Shown: in pieces, positions 28,676 to 36,877 of the stretch
Layout of the letters: every line of letters starts with the position of its first letter
Numbering within the stretch: position 1 is the stretch's first letter
Source: a candidate division WOR-3 bacterium
Lineage (GTDB): Bacteria > Hydrothermota > Tepidihabitantia > SM23-42 > JAOAFX01
Assembly (NCBI GenBank): GCA_037444665.1
Contig: JBBILZ010000017.1
Span: 1-43,530 of the forward strand
Direction of reading: 5' to 3'
DNA length: 43,530 nt
The notes under the pieces: model-generated
Database searches by the model: none
The model's input: the letters and a program-made list of their open reading frames with translations, nothing else
Told to the model about the DNA's origin: nothing
Position numbers and translations under genes: made by a program

Positions 28676-29898
28676 TTTTTCTCCTTTAATAATTTATCGG
28701 CTTTCTGTAAAATCTCCATTGCCTTTTTGGTATTCCCTGTTTCACGATATGCATAAGCAAGATTGGTGAGAAGATCAATATTTGTAGGCTCCAGAGGTAA
28801 TGCCTTTTCTTCATAGATTTCAATTGCTTTTTTATAGTTCTTTTCCTGGGCATAGCATACACCAATATAAAACCAGCCTGCAAAGTCATCGGGTTTTACT
28901 GCGACCAGCCTATCAAAATAGTTTCTTGCCTCAGCCCATTTGTTCTTTCTTATCAGAAGTTCACCAAGAAAATAGAGGGCATCCGGGTCATCAATCAATA
29001 ATTCTGCTGCCTTTGTAAGATGACTCAGTGCCAATGTATCATTTCTTAAATTGAGATAGACAATGCCAGCCAGGTATTCGCTGCGGCCATACTCCTCATT
29101 TACCTTTACAAATTTCTCCACATTCTTTTCCTGCCCGGCAAAACCCTCATCATAACCGAGTTTGGTCTTTATAAACTGGTCCAATGCCTCTTTCTTTTTA
29201 TTTTTATACAGCATTATCAATTCGGATGCAAGATTTTGATTAAACTCTACATTCTTAAAGAGAAGATTTTTTATTTTGCCATAATCCTTTTCAAAAGTCT
29301 TTATGGAATTACCTACATAGAAAACACAGGAATCGTATGCTTGTTTATCAAAATGTATCTTGGCAATAAAATAACTCGCCTCAGGGTTCTCTTTATCAAA
29401 TTCCAGAACCTTCTGATAAGATTTCATTGCCTGTTCCCTATTTCCCATATCAGCATAAATATTTCCTTCAAGAATAAATTGGCTCACATTTGTTGGGTCA
29501 AGTTTTTTAGCAAATTGAAGGTAAAAAATGGATTCCTGATAATTTTTTTCCAGATTGAGTTTATATGCTGCATTATAAAACGACTGCCAAAATACGGGTA
29601 TATTCTTTCCACCTTCATCTGTTTTCAGCCAATTTATGGTCGCAAGTGAATCCCGTTTATACGCTTCCTGAAACGCCTTGCCTGCCTCTATATAATTACC
29701 CAGTCCGGTCTCTGCCTTACCTAAAATACAATAGGCTCCATAATATTCAGGGTTGGTTTGTATTCCAACCTGTGCCTGTTCTTTTGCCCGTGTATATTCA
29801 CCCTGCTGTAAATAGATTTTAGCAGCATTCTCCCATGTTGCCGGACAACCAATAAAAAAAAGAACAACAAAAGGTAAAAAGATAAAAGCATTTTTCAT
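28672..29898 (-). CDS. TPR-repeat lipoprotein
   Basis: Lipobox FFIGC, multiple TPRs; AGGAGG SD. Confidence 0.88.
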   Translation of the reverse strand: MKNAFIFLPFVVLFFIGCPATWENAAKIYLQQGEYTRAKEQAQVGIQTNPEYYGAYCILGKAETGLGNYIEAGKAFQEAYKRDSLATINWLKTDEGGKNIPVFWQSFYNAAYKLNLEKNYQESIFYLQFAKKLDPTNVSQFILEGNIYADMGNREQAMKSYQKVLEFDKENPEASYFIAKIHFDKQAYDSCVFYVGNSIKTFEKDYGKIKNLLFKNVEFNQNLASELIMLYKNKKKEALDQFIKTKLGYDEGFAGQEKNVEKFVKVNEEYGRSEYLAGIVYLNLRNDTLALSHLTKAAELLIDDPDALYFLGELLIRKNKWAEARNYFDRLVAVKPDDFAGWFYIGVCYAQEKNYKKAIEIYEEKALPLEPTNIDLLTNLAYAYRETGNTKKAMEILQKADKLLKEKK

Positions 29899-29918
29899 TC
29901 AATACCTCCTCATAGGCA

Positions 29919-29946
29919 ATTCTATATAAAATAACATTAAAGTCAA
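29919..29946 (-). promoter_or_regulatory. Sigma70 promoter TTGACT-N16-TAGAAT
   Basis: Upstream of the SD of the TPR lipoprotein gene. Confidence 0.65.
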
Positions 29947-29960
29947 TACCTAAATGCCAA

Positions 29961-30000
29961 AAAGGGAATCAAGGGTTATCAAGGGACATCAAGGGGAATT
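29961..30000. repeat. Four imperfect 10-bp direct repeats between divergent promoters
   Basis: AAAGGGAATC AAGGGTTATC AAGGGACATC AAGGGGAATT. Confidence 0.75.
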
Positions 30001-30023
30001 AGGAGACTAAGTTAATTTATCTC

Positions 30024-30051
30024 TTGATTTTTTATTATTTATGTATATTAT
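30024..30051 (+). promoter_or_regulatory. Probable promoter TTGATT-N16-TATTAT, 7 nt before ATG 30059
   Basis: Read directly from the sequence; no SD before MKDNLGRTW. Confidence 0.6.
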
Positions 30052-30058
30052 TAAATTA

Positions 30059-31249
30059 ATGAAGGATAATTTGGGAAGAACCTGGGCTGAAATCTATCTT
30101 GACCGATTGATAGATAATTATTTATTCATTCGCAAAATGGTCGGCAACAAAAAAATTATGGCGGCAATCAAAGCAGACGCCTATGGTCATGGAGCAGTAG
30201 AGATTGCCCGAACATTACAGCAATTTGGTGTTGATATGTTTGGTGTCGCAAGTGCTGAAGAAGGTATTGAGTTGCGTGTTGCGGGCATTAATGCAAAAAT
30301 AATTATTCTCAGTCCAGTAATGGACAACCAGATAGATGAAATCATAGAATATAATCTTATTCCCACTATCTCTGAATTTACCTTTTTTGAAAAATTAAAC
30401 CGGAAATTACAAAAATTGAAAAGACCGATGCTTGTCCATATTGAAGTTGACACAGGTATGACCAGAACCGGATTCCCCTATGAACAAACATTTAATGCCG
30501 TAAAAAAAATCAACAATTCACCATATATAAAGATTGAAGGGATATTCTCTCACTTTCCATTAGCAGATTCAGATGGTGCATTCTCCAAAAAGCAGATAAA
30601 AAATTTCTCACAATTAATTGGGCAATTGCATAGCGTCAAAATAAGGCCAAAATTCATTCACCTCGCAAATTCTTCTGGTATTTTCCGTTTTCCTGATTCC
30701 CATTTTAATTTAGTCCGTCCCGGTATTACCCTTTATGGATTGACACCATCTTTCAGGATTATATTGAATGGAAACGTCAAACCAGTAATGAGTTTAAAAT
30801 CACGCATTGTCAACATACGACGGGTGCCGAAAGGTACACCAATAAGTTATGGACATACTTACCGCACAAAGCGAAAAAGCACCATTGCTACAGTAAGTGT
30901 GGGATATGGCGATGGTTATCCAAGATTGCTCTCCAACAATGCAGAAGTTTTATGCTATGGTAAAAGGGCAAATATTGTAGGAGCGATCTGTATGGACTTG
31001 ATGATGATTGATGTCACTGATATTCCCCAGGCAAGATTGGGTGATGTTGTCACCCTCATTGGTAGGGATGGTAATGAAGAGATAAAGGCTGAAGAACTGG
31101 CAAAAAAATGTAATACCATTGTCTATGAGATCACCTCTGGTATTGGGCCCAGGGTTGCCCGGGTCTTCAAAAATGATAATAAAATTGTGAGTGTAAGAAA
31201 TTTGTTAGGAAGATGGTCGGTTCGGCAGCCAATAAAGCACATTAAATAG
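30059..31249 (+). CDS. alr: Alanine racemase
   Basis: AAIKADAYGHG (PLP Lys), HIEVDTGMTRTG, HLANS, VRPGITLYG, ISYG, GYGDGYPR, ICMD. Confidence 0.97.
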   Translation: MKDNLGRTWAEIYLDRLIDNYLFIRKMVGNKKIMAAIKADAYGHGAVEIARTLQQFGVDMFGVASAEEGIELRVAGINAKIIILSPVMDNQIDEIIEYNLIPTISEFTFFEKLNRKLQKLKRPMLVHIEVDTGMTRTGFPYEQTFNAVKKINNSPYIKIEGIFSHFPLADSDGAFSKKQIKNFSQLIGQLHSVKIRPKFIHLANSSGIFRFPDSHFNLVRPGITLYGLTPSFRIILNGNVKPVMSLKSRIVNIRRVPKGTPISYGHTYRTKRKSTIATVSVGYGDGYPRLLSNNAEVLCYGKRANIVGAICMDLMMIDVTDIPQARLGDVVTLIGRDGNEEIKAEELAKKCNTIVYEITSGIGPRVARVFKNDNKIVSVRNLLGRWSVRQPIKHIK

Positions 31250-31263
31250 AAAAGGAGGTTGGT

Positions 31264-32295
31264 ATGAAACGCTTGGCTTTACTGCTGGTCTTTGTCTCCA
31301 TATTTGCGCAGGAGGCAACACATACTGTAAAACCTGGTGATACATTATGGGATATTGCCGGGTTTTATTATCAAAATCCGTTTTTGTGGCCCTATATATG
31401 GCGGGCAAATCTTACCCAGATAGAAGACCCACACTGGATATATCCTGATCAGGTATTCGTTATACCACCATCACCTGAAGAATCACTGGGTATGGTTCCA
31501 GCGCCAGTTGAATCTGTAACCGAAGTTCCTCCGGTTGAAGAGGTCTATACCTATGTTCCACCCGCACCCACAACCAAAAAAACCGCTGAGATCGTCTCTA
31601 TGGTAAAATCCGAGGAACATATATTCAGTGAAGATATTATCCATCGCGCTGGATTTATCCTTACCGAAGACCTTCCTTTGTGGGCGACCATTACTGGAAC
31701 CGAACCTGCGGATGAGAAGATGATCAGTGCATATAAAACAGTCTATATTGACCGTGCCAGTGATGTAAAAGTAGGTGATGTGCTTACTATTTATCGTCCA
31801 GGAAAAGGCATTAGCCATCCAAAGACCGGAGAATTTCTGGGCAAAGAGATTATTGTCCTTGGTCGGGCAGAGATTGAAGAAGTGGGAGAACAGGGTTCAC
31901 GGTGCAAAGTGATTGATTCTTATGATATTATCAAAAAAGGTGACCTTGTCACACCGTATCAACCACAAATAGCACCAGAGAATGTCACACTCTTAGCAGC
32001 AACAAAAGAACTTGAAGGTTATGTAGTAGAAGTAAAATCAACTGAAAAACTAAAACCACCCCACATTTTTATATATCTTGACCAGGGTGAGAATTCTGGT
32101 GTTGCGGTCGGCGATATATTTGATGTATACCAGGAGCGGGTTGTAGGTGGAAAAAAGATGCCTGATTTCACCATTGCCAAAGTCCAGGTAATAAGCATCT
32201 TTGAAAAGGCTTGCATTGGTCTATTGAGATGGGAAGAAAAGGTTCCAGATATTAAACGGGGCGAAAAATGCCGATTAGTAATGGAGGCACGATGA
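31264..32295 (+). CDS. LysM peptidoglycan-binding protein, TsaP-like
   Basis: Signal peptide; HTVKPGDTLWDIA..YYQNPFLWPYIW...IEDPHWIYP; Pro-rich linker; two C-terminal beta domains (HPKTGEFLG; YLDQGENSGVAVGD). Confidence 0.82.
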   Translation: MKRLALLLVFVSIFAQEATHTVKPGDTLWDIAGFYYQNPFLWPYIWRANLTQIEDPHWIYPDQVFVIPPSPEESLGMVPAPVESVTEVPPVEEVYTYVPPAPTTKKTAEIVSMVKSEEHIFSEDIIHRAGFILTEDLPLWATITGTEPADEKMISAYKTVYIDRASDVKVGDVLTIYRPGKGISHPKTGEFLGKEIIVLGRAEIEEVGEQGSRCKVIDSYDIIKKGDLVTPYQPQIAPENVTLLAATKELEGYVVEVKSTEKLKPPHIFIYLDQGENSGVAVGDIFDVYQERVVGGKKMPDFTIAKVQVISIFEKACIGLLRWEEKVPDIKRGEKCRLVMEAR

Positions 32296-32756
32296 GGGAA
32301 AAGGAGGCATTAAGTCAGGTCTATCTGTTCCGAGAACTGACACCCAGTGAGATGGATATTTTGATATCCATTTCAAAAGAACGACGCGTGAAAAAGAACG
32401 AAGTTATCTTTAAGGAAGGTGATATTGGCGATGCCTTTTATCTAATTGTCTCAGGTAGCATCCGTATCTCCACAATTGTGCCGGGTGTGGGAGAAGAGGC
32501 ATTAACCATTCTAAGAGAAGGTGAATACTTTGGTGAGATGGCATTAATTGATGATGCCCCGCGTTCTGCTTCAGCAATTGCGAATGACGATACAATATTA
32601 CTCTGTATTGGTAAAGATGATTTTCGCAGGTTACTTGCCAAAGATACTGGTATTGCGTATAAATTACTCTGGGTCTTCACCCGAACTCTCTCTGCTCGTT
32701 TGCGCAAGACTGATGAACAACTAAAGAGCATATTTTCTATTGCAAAGACATTTTAA
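32292..32756 (+). CDS. Stand-alone cyclic nucleotide-binding domain protein
   Basis: IFKEGDIGDAFYLIVSG, YFGEMALIDDAPRSASA (phosphate-binding cassette); no HTH; ATGA overlap with the LysM gene. Confidence 0.92.
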   Translation: MREKEALSQVYLFRELTPSEMDILISISKERRVKKNEVIFKEGDIGDAFYLIVSGSIRISTIVPGVGEEALTILREGEYFGEMALIDDAPRSASAIANDDTILLCIGKDDFRRLLAKDTGIAYKLLWVFTRTLSARLRKTDEQLKSIFSIAKTF

Positions 32757-32832
32757 TAACAGGAGAAATAAAAATTATTCAGTAAAAACTGGGAACAGAA
32801 GCGGAGCAGAAAGATAAAAAAATATAATTGAT

Positions 32833-33156
32833 ATGGGTAAAGTCTTAATTCTGTTGCTTGCCCTTTCATTAATCGTAGAAAGGGTGACCGAGAAAATTTT
32901 ATATATTCTACCCCGGGGTAGAAATCGTGCTTATGCCTGGGTTATAAGCACTGCCCTGGGTCTGGTCATTGCCTTTGCATTCCAATTTGGGTTTATCAGA
33001 GAACTCGGCTTGGAAAGTGGTTCCAATCTCAGCCACTGGGTTGATTATTTAATAAGTGGGCTATTGATTGCCTGCGGTAGTGAGCCAATCCATTCAATCG
33101 TTGATGGTTTGGCATTTAAAAGGGATGAACTAAAAAGGAAGGCAAAGAATGTTTGA
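32833..33156 (+). CDS. Small multi-TM membrane protein, holin-like
   Basis: Three hydrophobic segments, VERVTE and SGLLIACGSEPIH motifs, basic C-terminal tail. Confidence 0.7.
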   Translation: MGKVLILLLALSLIVERVTEKILYILPRGRNRAYAWVISTALGLVIAFAFQFGFIRELGLESGSNLSHWVDYLISGLLIACGSEPIHSIVDGLAFKRDELKRKAKNV

Positions 33157-36100
33157 AATTTTTGCTGGTAAAGACCCGGAAAAAGCATTACAGCGTGCGC
33201 ATGAATATATAAAAGAAGGAAAACTTCAATCAGCAATTAAGGTGCTGGAAGAAAATCTCACTGAAACCGAAACTGCTTTTCCTTTATACCTGGAACTTGC
33301 TCGCTTATATTTTGAGAATGAGCAAAGAACAGAAGCAGTAGAAACACTCAGAACCGCACATGTCATTGCTCCTTCACGGGTGGATGAAATCATTGGCTTG
33401 CTCTCAGATTATTTCTTTAGATATACTTCAATTGATGCTGGTGATTTTCTGCTCCAGCTATATGTGACACAGGAACAATACGAAGAACTATTCAAAGTAT
33501 TAAGGGCATTCAATGAACGGGAAATAAAATTATTGATCAATCGCTATGAAAAATTGAAACAGAATATTACTACAAAAAAAGTAATAACTAAACGTGATTT
33601 TGAAAATTTAATCATCTATGGCACAATCATCTTTATTTATCAGGATGGTAAGACCGCCCTTGAGAATATTGACTTCTTACTTAGCACTGGAGGATTTGGA
33701 AAACAGTTATTGAGCTGGGCAAGAGCAATGTCGCGGGAAAGATTTAATGACCCCTATGCGGCATTATTATTGCTCAAAACCGAAACAGTTGCCGGAAATG
33801 CCAGCGAGGCACTGAATCAGGCACAGCGTATCTATGAAAAATTTCCAGATTTTATTGACCCATTACTTGACACCCTTATTGCAATCCATCCACCTGCGAA
33901 TTTAGAATCAAATTTCAGTCAGTTTATAACGGAATTATATGTAAAAAAGGGTGACCTTGATGCTTCTTTATCAAGGCTTGAGGCATTATTAAAAAAAGAC
34001 CCAGCAAAGATTGATGATGTAATAAAAACCTTAAGGGAATTGCAGCGGGTAAATCCCAAGAATTTAAAGGTACTATTCAGCCTGGCGGACAATTTACTTA
34101 ATGCGGGGCGTGTCTCACTGGCAATCAATGAATTTGAAAAGATAATTGAAATTGCTCCGGAACAGCAATCAGAGATTATAAACAGATACAAAAAGGCATT
34201 TGAAAAAGAACCGAATAACCCTATTGTTATCCAGAGCCTGGTAAATTTTTATATTAAACAAAAAAAGACAGATGATGCAGTTGCAGTTATTGATAAGGCT
34301 TATAATATAGACCGCGGTTTAATTGATGAATATATCTTAAATCTAAACTTAATACTGGAAAATGCACCGGATAACGACCGCGCCCTCTATCTTTTGGGAT
34401 TATGTTATTGCCATAAGGGTGAAGATGAAAATGCGATTCTTATATTTGAATCGCTACTGGAGAATAAAAAATATGACCTTGTTAACCAGGCATTATCAGA
34501 AATTTTAAAAACAAAACCCCGTGAACCCGTCTATCTAAATTTAAAGGCAAAAACTTTAATCAACCTGAACAAAGATAGTGAAGCATTCGTATTACTCAAG
34601 CCCCATATTGAAGAAGAAGGAAATCTAATTGTCTTTGTCCCTACCCTTGATACACTTTTAAATCATAAACCAGAGTATGCCGGAACAATAATAAAGATAT
34701 ATGAAAAACACCGGGAAAAAGAACCGGCAATCTTTGACATTGCCATATCCCGCGGTTATGCCTTTGCCGGTGAATATAACCAGGCAATAAAAAAGTTTGA
34801 TGAACTATTAGCAAATCCCGATACAAAAGAACCTGCAAAGCGGGCACTATTAGAAGTAATAAAAGAGAGGCCAAAGGCTGTGCCTCTGCTCTTGTCTGCA
34901 GCAAGAACATTTATGAAAGATGGAGAGATTGAAATTGCCACGCAATTTTTCAAGACTGCCCAACTCGTAGACCCAAAGGCATTCTTTGAAATCATTGATG
35001 AATTTTATGATACACTCAAGGCGTTCCCAAAGGACCGCGAGGTCTGGGCTCTATTGATTGATACATTCTTTAATCGTAAACTTTATGACCGGGTAATTGA
35101 AGAAGCAAAAAAAGGGATTGAAGTCTTTGGACCTCAAGCCCAGTATTTTAATTTAAGATTGGGACAGGCATTGGTTGAAAGTGGTAATTTAAGTGATGGT
35201 GTCAGACCTTTGATGCTTGCCCTGGACGGAGAGGTTGACTATGCAAATGAGGTGATAAAATATTTAGATAAAATCCTCGCCGCAGATAAAAGCAATGTGC
35301 CAGCACACTTTGCCCGGGGACGGGCACTGGCACGAGCAAAACAGATTGATGAAGCAGTGGAAGAATATCTACTCACTGCGCGGATTGTTCCGGCACGAGC
35401 AGAATATGTCCTGGATGAGTTAAAATCCCTTTCAGCAAAGGCAATTGCAAATCCCCGTATCATTTTTGCAATGGGTGCAATTGAACTAAATTTGAAAAAA
35501 TATCAGGAAGGTATAAAACATCTTCTCCAGGCGTGTGAACTGGATAACAATCTTGTCGCGCGTGTTCTACCATTACTGGAAAAATTGCAAGTCCAGGCTC
35601 CTTCAGCACTTTTATCATTCAGTCTGGCGCGGGTCTACTATCTATCAAACATTAAAACCCCGGCAATAAAATTATATATCAATGCCCAGACCCAGGACCC
35701 ATCATTCCGTGAACCGGCAATATCAGAAATGAAGAAAATCTGCTCTGAGGAGGCTCAAGATATAGAAGCCCGCAAAGGACTGGCACAGCTCTATTTTGAT
35801 TATAATAATCTTGAAGATACCCTTTATACAATTGAAGAAATATATCATATTGATAAAAATGAAACGGCCTGGATAAAGCAGTTCATTCTCCAGATTCTCT
35901 CTAAAAATCCAAACCATATTCCCTCCTACTATTTCCTGGGCAAAATCTTTCTTACCGAAGAAAATTATACAAAGGCAATTGAAATCTATAAAAAACTTTC
36001 AGAGATTGCACCGGCAGAAATTCCCGAAATTATTGTAAGATTAAAAGAATACTATGAAAAATCAGACGAATTAATGCATTACACAGGGAATTTATACAAA

Positions 36101-36877
36101 GAGATAGGAAATATGAATATGGCAGTTGAGATATTTATGAAATTATTTGATAGAAACCCAAATTATGGCGATAACTTAATTCCCCAGCTTAAAGAAATCA
36201 TTTTAAAGAACGAAAACTTAGCAACTGTCTATGTACTCTTAAGTCAAATTCATGCTTATAAAAAGGAATATGAGAAGGCAATTGATTATCTAAAGAAAGT
36301 AGAAAGGCTTATGCCTGAGAAGAAAGAAGAGATTTTGTTGAAACAGGGACAATTATATTTTGAAAGTGGTGAAATCAACAAAACTCTTGAATTATACACA
36401 AAACTTTTACAGGAAACAAAAAACCGTGGTTTTGTATACAAAACAATAAAAAAGATGCGCAATGAATATTTTAATCAAAAATTAAAAGAAATAACTGGTG
36501 ATTCAGACAATGATAGATTATTAAGGACTAACCTATATCTTTTAATGGATAAAGTAAATGAAGCGAGAAAAGAACTCAATCTGATCAGTGCAGATGCAAT
36601 GCAAAAAAAAGATTATATTATTTTAAAAGCACGGGTCTTATTAAAAAAGAATCAACCCATTGATGCCCTGGAATCAGTCAGAATTCTGCCCGTTGACAAA
36701 GATACTGCACTCCTTTATGCTGATATCTATGAAGCGCTCGGTTCATATACTGCAGCAGCAAGTGCCCTTAAAGTACTTGATGACCTTTCACTTTACCCGC
36801 GGATTGAAAGATATGAAAAAATGGCACAGGAAAAACGCCTGGGCAGGGGAAGATATTTTGTTGAAGGGAGGATTTAA
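33149..36877 (+). CDS. Very large cytoplasmic TPR-repeat protein (1242 aa)
   Basis: TPR-like helical repeats throughout; no signal peptide or TM; overlaps both neighbours. Confidence 0.88.
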   Translation: MFEIFAGKDPEKALQRAHEYIKEGKLQSAIKVLEENLTETETAFPLYLELARLYFENEQRTEAVETLRTAHVIAPSRVDEIIGLLSDYFFRYTSIDAGDFLLQLYVTQEQYEELFKVLRAFNEREIKLLINRYEKLKQNITTKKVITKRDFENLIIYGTIIFIYQDGKTALENIDFLLSTGGFGKQLLSWARAMSRERFNDPYAALLLLKTETVAGNASEALNQAQRIYEKFPDFIDPLLDTLIAIHPPANLESNFSQFITELYVKKGDLDASLSRLEALLKKDPAKIDDVIKTLRELQRVNPKNLKVLFSLADNLLNAGRVSLAINEFEKIIEIAPEQQSEIINRYKKAFEKEPNNPIVIQSLVNFYIKQKKTDDAVAVIDKAYNIDRGLIDEYILNLNLILENAPDNDRALYLLGLCYCHKGEDENAILIFESLLENKKYDLVNQALSEILKTKPREPVYLNLKAKTLINLNKDSEAFVLLKPHIEEEGNLIVFVPTLDTLLNHKPEYAGTIIKIYEKHREKEPAIFDIAISRGYAFAGEYNQAIKKFDELLANPDTKEPAKRALLEVIKERPKAVPLLLSAARTFMKDGEIEIATQFFKTAQLVDPKAFFEIIDEFYDTLKAFPKDREVWALLIDTFFNRKLYDRVIEEAKKGIEVFGPQAQYFNLRLGQALVESGNLSDGVRPLMLALDGEVDYANEVIKYLDKILAADKSNVPAHFARGRALARAKQIDEAVEEYLLTARIVPARAEYVLDELKSLSAKAIANPRIIFAMGAIELNLKKYQEGIKHLLQACELDNNLVARVLPLLEKLQVQAPSALLSFSLARVYYLSNIKTPAIKLYINAQTQDPSFREPAISEMKKICSEEAQDIEARKGLAQLYFDYNNLEDTLYTIEEIYHIDKNETAWIKQFILQILSKNPNHIPSYYFLGKIFLTEENYTKAIEIYKKLSEIAPAEIPEIIVRLKEYYEKSDELMHYTGNLYKEIGNMNMAVEIFMKLFDRNPNYGDNLIPQLKEIILKNENLATVYVLLSQIHAYKKEYEKAIDYLKKVERLMPEKKEEILLKQGQLYFESGEINKTLELYTKLLQETKNRGFVYKTIKKMRNEYFNQKLKEITGDSDNDRLLRTNLYLLMDKVNEARKELNLISADAMQKKDYIILKARVLLKKNQPIDALESVRILPVDKDTALLYADIYEALGSYTAAASALKVLDDLSLYPRIERYEKMAQEKRLGRGRYFVEGRI

